Assembly: GCA_965215505.1 (NCBI GenBank) | Contig: OZ244065.1 | Span: forward strand, 4,576,001 to 4,640,000 | Origin: Capsulimonadaceae bacterium | GTDB taxonomy: Bacteria; Armatimonadota; Armatimonadia; Armatimonadales; Capsulimonadaceae | Direction: 5' to 3' | Length of the DNA stretch: 64,000 bases | The notes under the pieces: generated by a model | Databases searched by the model: none | Told to the model about the DNA's origin: nothing | The model's input: the letters and a program-made list of their open reading frames with translations, nothing else | Program-made: the position numbers and the translations under genes | In this document: positions 29,102 through 38,756 of the stretch, piece by piece | Layout of the letters: every line of letters starts with the position of its first letter | Position numbering within the stretch: the stretch's first letter is position 1

Positions 29102-31214
29102 CATCAGTCCCCTTCACCGCCAGCTCTCCCAGCGACGGCATCTCCCCCAAAAACGGCGAGCGCGTCAGGGCGCGCGTCTGGTGCTGCAAGGGCCAGGACA
29201 AAAATACGCGCCGCTTGGCCCGCGTGATGGCGACATAAGCCAGCCGCCGCTCCTCCTCGATGCTGTCCGAGGCAAGCTGCGTCTTCTCCTCGTCCAGCCA
29301 CCGCAGGGACCGGTGATGCGGCAGCATCCCGAAGGCGAAGCCCACCACGAAGACGACCGGCCACTCCAGGCCCTTCGCCCGGTGGATCGTCATCATCTCC
29401 ACCGCGTCCCCGATCTCCGACTCCTCCTTAGGCTTGTTCTGGGCGGCGACAAAGGCCAGGAAGTCCGCCGGGGACGGGAACGCGCCTGACGCCACGCACA
29501 ATTCTTCCAGGTTGTCTAGGCGCGAGTTGCCCTCGTCCTCGACGTGCCCCTCCTCGCGCAGCAGCCAGTCGTCATAGCCCAGTTCGCGGGCCTTCCGCAG
29601 ACGCGCTTCCACCGAATCGCCGGCTTCGGCGACGCCCTTCACATAGTCCCGGAAGTCCTTCACGGCAAGCCCCTGGTTCGTCGTCTTGAACTGACCCAAG
29701 GCAAGCGCCCGGTACAGCGAGTGGCCCTTGCGCCCGGCCTGCGTCTCGACCTCGGCCAGAAACGCCTGCCCCAGAAAGTGGGTCGGCTTGCCGAATGAGC
29801 TGGAAGGGATGTTGATGACCCGCTTCACCGCCTCATCCGCCGCCGCCGTGTCCCGCTCGACCGAGAGCTGCAAGAAGGCGCACAGGTCGCGCACCTCGCG
29901 CCGCGAATAGAACCCCATCGCCCCTTGCAGGACATACGGTACGCCGCCCTTGACGAACGCTTCTTCCAGGGCACGCGAGTAGGCGTTGGTGCGGAACAGG
30001 ACGGCGCAGTCCCGGAGCTGTGTCCCCGCCGCCTGCAATTCTTTCAATGTCTCCGCCACGAACTGCGCTTCGGCCTCGGCGTGCTCATGTTCGTGCTGGG
30101 ACAGGTCCTCGCCTTCCGGATGGATGGCCGCCATTTCTAAGCGATACTTAGCGTCAATCCCGGACCGCCCGATCAGCTCATTCGCCACCCGCACGATGGT
30201 CGCCGAAGACCGATAGTTGGCCGGCAGCCGGATGATCGTCCCGTTCGGGTATGCTGCCCCGAACTGCCCCACTGTCGCCTCGGGCGAACAGCCGCGGAAG
30301 CTGTAGATGGCCTGCCCCACGTCCCCGACGATGAAGATGTTGCCGGTCCGGGCGGCCAGCAGCCGCGCGATCTCCCACTGCACCGCGCTCGTGTCCTGCG
30401 TCTCGTCAATGCACAAATACTGGAAGAACTGCTGGTACTTGTCCCGGATGGCGGGCTGCTCCTGGAGCAGTATCAACGCCTCAATCAGCAGGTCGTCGAA
30501 GTCCAGCCGCCGCGACGGCTTCTTCGCTAGCACATCGAACTTGGCCTGCTTGGCCTGCTCATAACACCGCCAGAACTTGGACAAGGTCTGGATCGTCGGG
30601 TCCGCCCAGTTCGGCTCGTGCTCCCGGAACGCCTTCTCGGCCTCCTCCACCCGGAAGCCCCGGTTCTTGACCGCCGACACCGCCGACAGCGCCCCCTTGG
30701 GGTCGTAAGCGGTGTTCAGCCCGAACGGCGGCGAGGGAAGCCCGCGCGCCATCCAGTTCGCGTCGCCCAGGATCGCCTTCGCCACCCGCACCTGCCAGTT
30801 CTCGTCGGCGAGCTGGAAGTACCCCGCCTTGCCGTACAGGTGCGCCCACTCGTGCTTGAGTATCCGCAGACAGTGCGCGTGGAACGTCCCGATCCACATC
30901 TTCTCGACGGTCGCCTCGCCGCCCTCACCCAGCAGGGCCGCCAGCCGCAGGCCCATCTCGTCGGCGCTCTTCTTGGTAAACGTCGCCACGAACAGCCGCT
31001 GCGGGTCCACCCCTTTGGCGAGCAGCCGGGCCACCCGCCGCGTCAAGATCGTCGTCTTCCCAGACCCCGCCCCTGCCAGAACCAGGGCCGGCCCATCGTC
31101 ATGGTAGAACGCCTGCCGCTGCTCCTCGTTCAGCCCGGCTTCGAGCTTGGGGACGAGGGCGGCGGTGCGGTGCGCGTGCAGGTCTTCGGTGATGGCGTCG
31201 AGCGTGGCTTGCAT
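29091..31214 (-). CDS. UvrD/PcrA/Rep family ATP-dependent DNA helicase
   Basis: LAGAGSGKT, TFT, GTFH, DETQD, VGDVGQAIYSFRG, NYRS, MTIHRAKGLEW, EERRLAYVAITRAK. Confidence 0.92.
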   Translation of the reverse strand: MQATLDAITEDLHAHRTAALVPKLEAGLNEEQRQAFYHDDGPALVLAGAGSGKTTILTRRVARLLAKGVDPQRLFVATFTKKSADEMGLRLAALLGEGGEATVEKMWIGTFHAHCLRILKHEWAHLYGKAGYFQLADENWQVRVAKAILGDANWMARGLPSPPFGLNTAYDPKGALSAVSAVKNRGFRVEEAEKAFREHEPNWADPTIQTLSKFWRCYEQAKQAKFDVLAKKPSRRLDFDDLLIEALILLQEQPAIRDKYQQFFQYLCIDETQDTSAVQWEIARLLAARTGNIFIVGDVGQAIYSFRGCSPEATVGQFGAAYPNGTIIRLPANYRSSATIVRVANELIGRSGIDAKYRLEMAAIHPEGEDLSQHEHEHAEAEAQFVAETLKELQAAGTQLRDCAVLFRTNAYSRALEEAFVKGGVPYVLQGAMGFYSRREVRDLCAFLQLSVERDTAAADEAVKRVINIPSSSFGKPTHFLGQAFLAEVETQAGRKGHSLYRALALGQFKTTNQGLAVKDFRDYVKGVAEAGDSVEARLRKARELGYDDWLLREEGHVEDEGNSRLDNLEELCVASGAFPSPADFLAFVAAQNKPKEESEIGDAVEMMTIHRAKGLEWPVVFVVGFAFGMLPHHRSLRWLDEEKTQLASDSIEEERRLAYVAITRAKRRVFLSWPLQHQTRALTRSPFLGEMPSLGELAVKGTDEDG

Positions 31215-31411
31215 GATGGGTTCTTGGTTCGTGATGGTCTTGACGGGCCGAGTGCGTGGGAGATACTGACAGTATACCGTATCGGGGCAAGAGGGGGCGG
31301 GGAATCGTCGCGCGGCGGGCAGGAAAGCGGCGGTGCGGTGCGGAATGTTGGCGTGAGGGAGGCGCGAACCACTGGCCTCTCGGCTACGCTCATTGCGGAT
31401 GGAGGCGATGC

Positions 31412-31864
31412 ATGAAACGACTACTGATCGTGGTGCTTCTCTGCACCTGCTGCTTGGCGGCGACAAAGAGTGGGCAGACACAGAACGCCCAGCCACGCGG
31501 CCCCATAAGACTTGAGGAGTCAAGACCCACACGAGGCCCCGTCTCAGTCTACACACTGCGCCTTCTACAGATCGGTGACACTAAGCCTGCCGAAAACATC
31601 TGGATACTGCAAAAACAGGCTGCCGCTGGCGTGAACGGGCCGATTGAGCCGAACGAAACAGCGTTTCGGTCCCTCAACTCGCCTACTCTCCGCGATTTCG
31701 TTTCTCACCTGCCGAAGGGTTCACGCATTCTCCACTCCCCCGTGATGCTCCCCGGCCCCGATCCGACAATGAAGGTCGGCAGTGCCTCCGAACCGGGTCT
31801 TCAGGACTTCATCAAGTTCTGCCGCAGCAAGAAGGTTGATTTCATGTTCGGCATCTCGTTCTAA
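31412..31864 (+). CDS. Hypothetical exported protein
   Basis: GGAGG RBS; MKRLLIVVLL signal peptide. Confidence 0.6.
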   Translation: MKRLLIVVLLCTCCLAATKSGQTQNAQPRGPIRLEESRPTRGPVSVYTLRLLQIGDTKPAENIWILQKQAAAGVNGPIEPNETAFRSLNSPTLRDFVSHLPKGSRILHSPVMLPGPDPTMKVGSASEPGLQDFIKFCRSKKVDFMFGISF

Positions 31865-32023
31865 CCAGGGCTTTTCACTGTTCTGTGGCGATAGCAAGCA
31901 GGGGGTGCGGGAAAGGGGTCAGGCGGATGTTTTGGTTGGCTGAGGGAGTGTGAGTTCGGGGGCTATCGGCGGGAGTTGGTTAGGTTAGCGTCCGTCTATG
32001 CTTCCCTTTCCGAGAGGTTTGTT

Positions 32024-32242
32024 ATGACTCAACTGTTAGAACGCGCACACGCAGAAGTGGAACAGCTCGCGGAGCCGGATCAGGACGCGATTGCGGCCCT
32101 GATCTTGGAGGAAGTGGAGGACGAGCGGCACTGGCAACGGTCATTCGCTCAGTCCCCGCAGGCATTAACGTGGCTGGCCGAGGAAGCATTGGCGGAGCAT
32201 CGGGCGGGCTTGACCCAGCCTCTTGACCCGGAGCGGCTGTGA
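32024..32242 (+). CDS. Putative type II antitoxin
   Basis: MTQLLE.A..EV..L....QDAIAALILEE.EDE..W..SFA.S...L..LAEEALAE pattern of small antitoxins found upstream of RelE/ParE-like toxins. Confidence 0.75.
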   Translation: MTQLLERAHAEVEQLAEPDQDAIAALILEEVEDERHWQRSFAQSPQALTWLAEEALAEHRAGLTQPLDPERL

Positions 32243-32343
32243 CCTCCCGCACCACGGCGCGGTTCCGCGGAGCCTTCGCCGGGCTGCCGACGGCCGTACA
32301 GGAGCAGGCGGTGACAGAAACGAATGACCCACAAACCTCCTAG
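32239..32343 (+). pseudogene. Truncated RelE/ParE-like toxin
   Basis: GTGA overlap with the antitoxin; MTSRTTARFRGAFAGLPTAVQEQA matches the toxin N-terminus, then stops after 34 codons. Confidence 0.65.
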
Positions 32344-32348
32344 TTCGG

Positions 32349-32693
32349 GTGGCGGACAACATGGCGACCTTCGAGGCGGGGATGCTCAACCGATGGACGC
32401 CCTGCCGCCCTGATGAGCTGCCGACCATCCCGCTCGGCATCGCGCAGGTCCACGCCGACCTCCTGCTCATCCACCCATTCCGGGAGGGCAATGGACGATT
32501 GGCACGGTGGCTGGCCGATCTGATGGCCGCCCAAGCGGGGATGTCGCCGCCCGAATACCGGTTTCGAGGGCGTGGTAGCCGGATGCAGAAAGCACGATAT
32601 TTGGCTGCTGTCAAGGCCGGCTACAAAATGCGCTATGAAGAACTGGCTGCCTTTTTCGAGGCCGCCTTGCGCGTCGGTGCCTCCGGTCCCTGA
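32349..32693 (+). pseudogene. Fic-domain protein, C-terminal part only
   Basis: Canonical HPFREGNGRLAR motif; only about 114 aa, N-terminal half apparently missing. Confidence 0.7.
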
Positions 32694-32818
32694 ACCCCCG
32701 ACGGCTTGATCCCCCGTGCCCCCTCAAAGGCGGAAGAGTCACGCGCATTGCGCTCCAGCAGGCGGCGGCGCACCTGTGGGTCGCGCAGGTAAGGGTTAGT
32801 CTCAGACAGCGGCTTCAT
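32633..32818 (-). CDS. Small putative Fic antitoxin (inhibitory-helix motif)
   Basis: 61 aa with SSAFEG = (S/T)xxxE(G/N); TATAAT 6 nt before the ATG. Confidence 0.55.
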   Translation of the reverse strand: MKPLSETNPYLRDPQVRRRLLERNARDSSAFEGARGIKPSGVQGPEAPTRKAASKKAASSS

Positions 32819-32968
32819 ACTCAGATTATACCCGATGGGGCCACTGCTGACGATGAACTTGCTACGCGCCCACCTGCTCTGACGACACTGGCAGAGGCAT
32901 CCACCCCTGAGACTGGCCGAGTTCCCCTCCTGGCCCACGAACACAGCAACCCCCCTCCACATCAAACG

Positions 32969-33568
32969 TCACCCGCCCAACACCCGCGACCGCTGTTCCC
33001 GGACCCGCTCGATGGCCTCGGCCAGCAGGGCGCGGTGGCCGGCGTCGTTGAGCCAGGTGCTGGCCCCCGACGAGTGGGGCAGGGGGATGTAGGTCGTGCC
33101 GTACAGGTCGAACGTGTGGCCGACGGCCTGTTCCAGCGACATGCGCGGCAGGAACGTGTCAACGGACATCTTGCCGAACAGGATCACGACGCGGGGCCGG
33201 ACGAGTTTCCACTGCGCGTCCAGCCATGGGCGGCAGTTCGCGCGCTCCTTCGGGGAGGGAGCGCGGTCCGTACTCTTGCCCGGCAGGCGGCCCGGAAAGC
33301 ACTTGGTCAGGGCCGTCATGTAGACCGTCGTGCCGATGTCTTCGGGCGTGAACCCGGCCTCGCACAGCCAGCCGATCAGCTTGCGGGCCGCCGGGCCGAG
33401 GTACATCCGGTCCCCGCGCAGGTCGCTCAGGCCGGGTGCCTGGCCGACGAGCAGGAAGGGGGCGGGGGCCTGTCCCCAGGCGAGCGGCGGCGGCGAGATG
33501 GGAAAGCCGTCCGCCTCGCAACGGCGGCAGGCGCGGATTTCGTCGTGGAGCAGTTCGAGTTCGATCAC
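32969..33568 (-). CDS. Uracil-DNA glycosylase superfamily protein (family 4/5-like)
   Basis: C..C, VGQAPG, TALTKCFPG, C..WL, PLPHSS motifs. Confidence 0.88.
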   Translation of the reverse strand: MIELELLHDEIRACRRCEADGFPISPPPLAWGQAPAPFLLVGQAPGLSDLRGDRMYLGPAARKLIGWLCEAGFTPEDIGTTVYMTALTKCFPGRLPGKSTDRAPSPKERANCRPWLDAQWKLVRPRVVILFGKMSVDTFLPRMSLEQAVGHTFDLYGTTYIPLPHSSGASTWLNDAGHRALLAEAIERVREQRSRVLGG

Positions 33569-33603
33569 GAGAAGATTGTACCAGAAAGAATTCCGAGAAA
33601 CCG

Positions 33604-33648
33604 TTGACAGCGCATGTACGAACGTGCTACTATATTTTAACGCTGTTA
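33604..33648 (+). promoter_or_regulatory. tetR promoter and putative operator
   Basis: TTGACA (33604), TG-C-TACTAT (33625-33633), palindrome TAACGCTGTTA (33638-33648). Confidence 0.65.
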
Positions 33649-33670
33649 GAAAATAAACCGAGGTTAAGAG

Positions 33671-34285
33671 TTGGGCGTCAAAGAACGGCGGGAAAGGCAG
33701 AAACAAGAAACGCGCGAAGGCATCCTCGCCGCCGCGCGCAAAGTCGCCCGCGAGAGCGGATGGGGGGCGGTCACCATCCGCCGCGTGGCCGAGATGATCG
33801 AATACAGCCCCCCGATCATCTATGAATACTTCGCGAGTAAAGATGCTCTTTTGGGCGACGTTCAGCGGATCGGCTTCGACCTGCTGGCAGACGCGATGCG
33901 CGCGTCAGGGAATGGGGTTGCCGACCCGGCCGAGCGCATGGCGCAGATGGGCCGAGCCTACTGGCGGTTCGCCCACGAGTCCCCCGAACTTTTTCAGGTC
34001 ATGCACGGCTGGGACAGCACGGCCGTGCCGATGGAGCGAACGCTTGCCGGAGCGCGCAAGTCGGCCGCCGTCGTATATGAGGCCCTGGAAGACTGGGCGC
34101 GGGCGGAGGGAGTCACCCTGCACGACCCCCAGGGGGCGGTCGAGACGCTGTGGGCGCTGCTGCACGGCCTGATTACGGTGGGGATGTTGGACCGGGTGGG
34201 CGGAGGCCCGGAGCGGGCGGAGGGCCTGGCAGTGCAGGCGCTCCAGGATCTGCTATTCGCCTGGCGCAGCAGAGGCAGCCGGTAG
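33671..34285 (+). CDS. TetR/AcrR family regulator (WHG C-terminal type)
   Basis: N-terminal HTH (TIRRVA...YSPPIIYEYFASKD); WALLHG. Confidence 0.9.
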   Translation: MGVKERRERQKQETREGILAAARKVARESGWGAVTIRRVAEMIEYSPPIIYEYFASKDALLGDVQRIGFDLLADAMRASGNGVADPAERMAQMGRAYWRFAHESPELFQVMHGWDSTAVPMERTLAGARKSAAVVYEALEDWARAEGVTLHDPQGAVETLWALLHGLITVGMLDRVGGGPERAEGLAVQALQDLLFAWRSRGSR

Positions 34286-34308
34286 CCTCTTTTTATTTGC
34301 GCCTATAT

Positions 34309-34319
34309 TAACAGCGTTA
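34309..34319. promoter_or_regulatory. Second putative TetR operator
   Basis: TAACAGCGTTA, the exact reverse complement of the site at 33638. Confidence 0.6.
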
Positions 34320-34351
34320 GATTTTATTACTTCAATCAGAAGGAGAAGCAC

Positions 34352-35347
34352 ATGGACACCCTCAACAATCACCGAAGCGAACTGCACGTCATTTTCGGCA
34401 CCGGGCCGGTCGGCCTGACATTGGCCGATGAACTGCTGGCGCGGGGCAAAAAGGTCCGCATCGTCAGTCGCAGCGGCAAGGCTGCCACCCCTGCCGGTGC
34501 CGAGGTGCGGGCCGCCGACGCCACCGACCCCGACGCCGTGACGGAACTCTGCCGGGGCGCGGCCGTCGCCTATCACTGCATGAACGTCCCCTATGCCCAG
34601 CAGTACGAGGTCATCCCCCGGATGCAGCGGGCCATGATCGCGGGGGCCGGCGCGGCGGGGGCCATCCTCGTCATCACAGACACCCTGTACATGTACGGCG
34701 AGACGCACGGCAAAGTCATCACCGAGGACACCCCCCACGCCGGGACGACGCGCAAGGGGAGGATGCGCGGCCAGGTCGCCGCCGACTACCTCCGGGCGCA
34801 CCAAGAAGGCCAGGTGAAAGTCGCGCTGGGCCGGGCCGCCGACTTCTTCGGCCCGCGCGTATTCAACTCGTCGCTCGGCGACCGCGTTTTCCCGCCCGCG
34901 CTGGCCGGGAAGGCGGCCCAGGTGGTCGGCGATCCGGGCCTGCCGCACTCCTTCAGCTACATGAAGGACGTGGCGCGCGGCCTGGCGACATTGGGCGAGC
35001 GCCCCGAGGCCCTGGGGCGCGACTGGCTGCTGCCGGTCGCCCCCGCCGTTTCGACGCGCGAGATGATGCGCCTGATCGGGGAGGCCGCCGGGTGCCCGGC
35101 CCGCGTACAGGTCGTCCCGAAGTTCGTCATTCAGGCGATGGGGCTGTTCGACCCGCAGGCGCGCGAGTTCGTCGAGATGCTGTACCAATACACCGAGCCG
35201 CAGATCGTTGACTCCAGCCGGTTCGAGGCCGCCTTCGGCTGGAAGGCGACGCCGCTGGCCGAGGCCATCCCGGCGACGGTGGCCTGGTTCAAGGCGTCCG
35301 CCGCGCAGAAGGCACCGTCGGTGCCGGCCGCGGCGGCTACCCGTTGA
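34352..35347 (+). CDS. NAD-dependent epimerase/dehydratase (atypical SDR)
   Basis: IFGTGPVG Rossmann motif, YMYG, KG.MR, DFFGP; AAGGAG RBS. Confidence 0.85.
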   Translation: MDTLNNHRSELHVIFGTGPVGLTLADELLARGKKVRIVSRSGKAATPAGAEVRAADATDPDAVTELCRGAAVAYHCMNVPYAQQYEVIPRMQRAMIAGAGAAGAILVITDTLYMYGETHGKVITEDTPHAGTTRKGRMRGQVAADYLRAHQEGQVKVALGRAADFFGPRVFNSSLGDRVFPPALAGKAAQVVGDPGLPHSFSYMKDVARGLATLGERPEALGRDWLLPVAPAVSTREMMRLIGEAAGCPARVQVVPKFVIQAMGLFDPQAREFVEMLYQYTEPQIVDSSRFEAAFGWKATPLAEAIPATVAWFKASAAQKAPSVPAAAATR

Positions 35348-35409
35348 CCTGATCGAGCCGCCCGCGCCTTGCTAATCTGCCCCCTCTTGTGTTACACTAT
35401 GGATTGTCT

Positions 35410-36408
35410 ATGAACACGACCGGGGAAGAAGCAGAGCGCGTCCTGCGGGACGCGCTGGGCGACGCGCTCAAATGCGGCGAGCCGATGGCGCGGCACACGA
35501 CCCTGAAAGTCGGCGGCCCGGCCCGCTGGTTCTGGGGGGCTACGGACGTCGAGGCGCTGGCGCGTGTCCTGGGCGTCTGCGCCCGGCACTGCATCCCGTA
35601 CCTGTTCATCGGGCACGGGTCCAACCTGCTGATGAGCGATGCCGGGTACGACGGCCTGGTCATCCAGAACCGCTGCAAGGGGTGCGAGGTCGGCGAGGAG
35701 ACGCGGGCCGAGAGCGGCGTCTCCTTCGGGTCGCTGTTTTTGCAGACCGCGCGGGCCGGGTTCCGGGGCCTGGAGTGGGCCATCGGCATCCCCGGCACGG
35801 TGGGCGGCGCTCTGGTCAGCAATGCCGGGGCGTACCGGGGCAACATCGGGCCGCTCGTGCGCTCGGTGCGGGTCTTCGCGGACGGGGAGGACCAGACGGT
35901 CGGCCCCGAGTGGATGGAGTTTTCCTACCGCGACAGCCGCCTGCGCCGGGAGGGCGTCGGCAGCGCCGTCATACTCTCCTGCCTGCTGCACCTGTCCGAG
36001 CGGGGCGACCCGGACGCGATTTTGGCGCACGCCAAGGAATACCAGGCCCAGCGGCGGGCGAAGCAGCCCTACGCGCCCTCGGCGGGGTCCTTCTTCAAGA
36101 ACGTCATTGACCACGCCCTGGCCGAGAGCCTGCCGCACCTGCCTGCGGGCATGAAGGCGGCGGGAGTCGTCCCGGCGGGCTTCCTCAGCGAAGCCTGCGG
36201 CCTGAAGGGGCTGACCGTCGGCGGCGCGCAGGTGTCGGAGAAGCACGCGAACTTCCTCGTCAACGCCAATGGCGCGACCGCCTCGGATCTGCGGACACTG
36301 GCGGGCCGGGTCCGGGCGGCCGTGTCGGAGCGGTTCGGCGTGACCCTGGAAGAAGAAGTGCTTTACGTCGGCGATTGGAAGGATTGGTCCGAAAAGGCGA
36401 AAGAATGA
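35410..36408 (+). CDS. murB: UDP-N-acetylenolpyruvoylglucosamine reductase
   Basis: HTTLKVGGPA, G.GSNLL, GIPGTVGGA..NAGAY, FSYRDS, SAGSFFKN, SEKHANF, LEEEV. Confidence 0.93.
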   Translation: MNTTGEEAERVLRDALGDALKCGEPMARHTTLKVGGPARWFWGATDVEALARVLGVCARHCIPYLFIGHGSNLLMSDAGYDGLVIQNRCKGCEVGEETRAESGVSFGSLFLQTARAGFRGLEWAIGIPGTVGGALVSNAGAYRGNIGPLVRSVRVFADGEDQTVGPEWMEFSYRDSRLRREGVGSAVILSCLLHLSERGDPDAILAHAKEYQAQRRAKQPYAPSAGSFFKNVIDHALAESLPHLPAGMKAAGVVPAGFLSEACGLKGLTVGGAQVSEKHANFLVNANGATASDLRTLAGRVRAAVSERFGVTLEEEVLYVGDWKDWSEKAKE

Positions 36409-37013
36409 TTGTACAAAGTCCCGAGCGAATAACCGATAGAGTATCCGTGGAGAACAAACCTTTCTTGAAACCTTACCTGGTTCGGCACGGCCGCGCCCTG
36501 ACGGGCGTCGTCTTCTGCGTCGCCGCCCTGCTGGCCGCCGCCCTCGCCGGCGGCTTCGACCGGCGGGTGAAGAGCGCGGACGTGCTGGGCGGCAAGTGGA
36601 GCGCCGACATCGCCTGGACCTCCGCCTCAGGCCGGGCCTACAACAAGACCATGCACACCGCCCTCTTCTTCCTGCCCGGCGGCGTGGCGGGGACGGTGAT
36701 CACCTTCCCGACCGGGGCGATCGGCGGGGCGGGGACCTACACGCTGAAGAACGGCCGCCTGACGATCCGCTGCACGGGCCTGAACCTCGACGGCCATTCC
36801 GTGCCTATGACCCCCTACGCCAAGTCGCCCTGGTTCCACGACACCGTCACCTACACCGTCCACGGAACCGGCGACAGCCTGATGCTTTCGCCGGTCGCCT
36901 ACGGCCCGACCTCGGCCCCCTGCTACCCCCTGCTGGCCTCCTCCTCGCCCCTGGTGTTCAGCCGCGTCGAGAGGTCTGACGTGCCGGAAGACGCGCCCGC
37001 GCCGAAGGAGTAG
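36405..37013 (+). CDS. Hypothetical membrane-anchored protein
   Basis: ATGA overlap with murB; one TM helix followed by a beta-rich domain. Confidence 0.6.
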   Translation: MIVQSPERITDRVSVENKPFLKPYLVRHGRALTGVVFCVAALLAAALAGGFDRRVKSADVLGGKWSADIAWTSASGRAYNKTMHTALFFLPGGVAGTVITFPTGAIGGAGTYTLKNGRLTIRCTGLNLDGHSVPMTPYAKSPWFHDTVTYTVHGTGDSLMLSPVAYGPTSAPCYPLLASSSPLVFSRVERSDVPEDAPAPKE

Positions 37014-37260
37014 GGGAGAGAACCGGCGCTGAACCGCCGATCTACACGGATGGGCCGCCCGCTTCGCGGCTTCGGACTTTAGGGGCACGATTCATCGCGC
37101 CCACTTTTCCTGCCGCGCCTTCTGCTGCCGCCGGGCCTTCTCCTGCCACCCGAACTTTCCCCCAGCCTCGCGTGTTCTCTCTGTGTTCCCTTGACCCGTT
37201 CGCCGGGTACAATGGAGCAAGTATTGCCCGCATTGACGCGGCGCATGGAAAGCAGGCACT

Positions 37261-38703
37261 TTGGCACTAGACAGCGTGGTCGGGACGCGGCGCGGGGGCG
37301 CGTCGGAGCATTCACAGGAGCATTCGGAAGACGGGATCGGGCCGCTGCCCGGCGTGACGGAGCCGGAAGAAACGGGCCGGAGCCTGCACCGGGCGGTGTG
37401 GATGCTGGCCTGGCCCTCCGTGCTGACCATGCTGCTCCAAACGCTCAACTCCTTCACGGATCGCTTCTTCGTCGGCCACCTCGGCTCGGACGCCCTGGCC
37501 GCCGTGGGCGTCGGCGGGCAGTTCATGTTCCTGCTGTTCTCGGTCGGCATGTCTATCTCGGTCGGCACGTCCGCCCTCGTCGCCCGGTTCACCGGCGCGA
37601 AGGAAGCCGACCAGGCGACCCTGGCGGCCAATCAGTCCGTCTGGATCGCCCTGCTGTCCGCCTTCGTCTGCATGGCGCTGGTCTGGCCGCTGCGGCATCT
37701 GGTCGTCGGCTGGATGGGAGTCAACTCCCACGCGGCGGGCCTGTGCGTCCAGTACCTCACCGTCACACTCCTCGGCATTCCCGCTCTGTTCCTGATGCTG
37801 ATCCTGAGCAGCGTCTTCCGTGGCCTGGGCGACACGGTGACGCCTCTGCGCGTCATGATCGGGGTCAACATCATCCACCTCGGCGGCGACTGGCTCCTGA
37901 TCTTCGGCAATTGGGGCTTCCCCCGGATGGGCCTGGTTGGCGGCGCGACCGCCCTGATCGCCTCGCAGGTCATCGGCGCGCTGCTCTACCTCTGGTTCCT
38001 GCGCGACTCGCCGGTGCGCGGGCTGATGACCCGGCTGAAGCGCCTGGACATGGAGTGGGCGCGGCGCATCCTGAACATTGGCCTGCCCGCCGCCGGTCAG
38101 AACCTTTCGCGCGTCCTGTCCATGATGATCTTCACCGGCGTTCTGGCCCGCTCCCCGCAAGCGACGGCGGCCGTGGCCGCCCTGACCATCGGGCTGACAT
38201 CCGAAAGCATCGCCTTCATGCCCGGCTTCGCCTTCTCCATGGCCGCCTCCACGCTGACCGGCCAGAACCTGGGCGCGGGCAAGCCGGACCGGGCCGAGCG
38301 GGCGGCCTGGGCCGCCCTGCTGCAAGGGCTGGTCGTGATGGTCTTCATGGGCGCGGTCTTCTTCACGTTCGCGACGCCCTTCGCGCACATCTTCACCCAT
38401 GACCCCAAGGTGGTCCCGCTCGCCGTCGCCTACCTCCGCATCGCCGCCCTGTCCGAGCCGTTCCTTGCCCTGGGCATGATCCTGACCGGCGCGCTCAACG
38501 GGGCGGGCGACACCAAAGCCCCCGCGCTGGCCGGCATCGTGACCATGTGGGTGGTCCGCCTGCCGGTCGCCTGGCTCGCCATCTATACCCTGGGCTACGG
38601 TGCCGTCGGCGCGTGGTGGGCGATGTCCCTCTCCACGGCCCTCAGCGGACTGGCCGCCCTCGCCCTGTTCAAGTGGGGGCGCTGGAAGCAGACGGTGGTG
38701 TAG
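37261..38703 (+). CDS. MATE family efflux transporter
   Basis: LAWP, D.FFVG.LG..ALAAVG, RGLGDT.TP, GQNLGA, GAGDT; about 12 TM segments. Confidence 0.92.
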   Translation: MALDSVVGTRRGGASEHSQEHSEDGIGPLPGVTEPEETGRSLHRAVWMLAWPSVLTMLLQTLNSFTDRFFVGHLGSDALAAVGVGGQFMFLLFSVGMSISVGTSALVARFTGAKEADQATLAANQSVWIALLSAFVCMALVWPLRHLVVGWMGVNSHAAGLCVQYLTVTLLGIPALFLMLILSSVFRGLGDTVTPLRVMIGVNIIHLGGDWLLIFGNWGFPRMGLVGGATALIASQVIGALLYLWFLRDSPVRGLMTRLKRLDMEWARRILNIGLPAAGQNLSRVLSMMIFTGVLARSPQATAAVAALTIGLTSESIAFMPGFAFSMAASTLTGQNLGAGKPDRAERAAWAALLQGLVVMVFMGAVFFTFATPFAHIFTHDPKVVPLAVAYLRIAALSEPFLALGMILTGALNGAGDTKAPALAGIVTMWVVRLPVAWLAIYTLGYGAVGAWWAMSLSTALSGLAALALFKWGRWKQTVV

Positions 38704-38721
38704 AACACGTCTCTGAAGGGC

Positions 38722-38756
38722 AAAAAGCGGCCCGTCAGTCTTGCTGACGGGCCGCC
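38722..38756. terminator. Intrinsic terminator hairpin (U-run on the minus strand)
   Basis: AAAAAGCGGCCCGTCAG-TCTTG-CTGACGGGCCGC. Confidence 0.7.

Noticed and set aside
29091-33568. Anti-phage defence island around the UvrD helicase
   Set aside because: No partner nuclease or ATPase (such as GajA) is adjacent; neighbours are decayed TA genes and a UDG.
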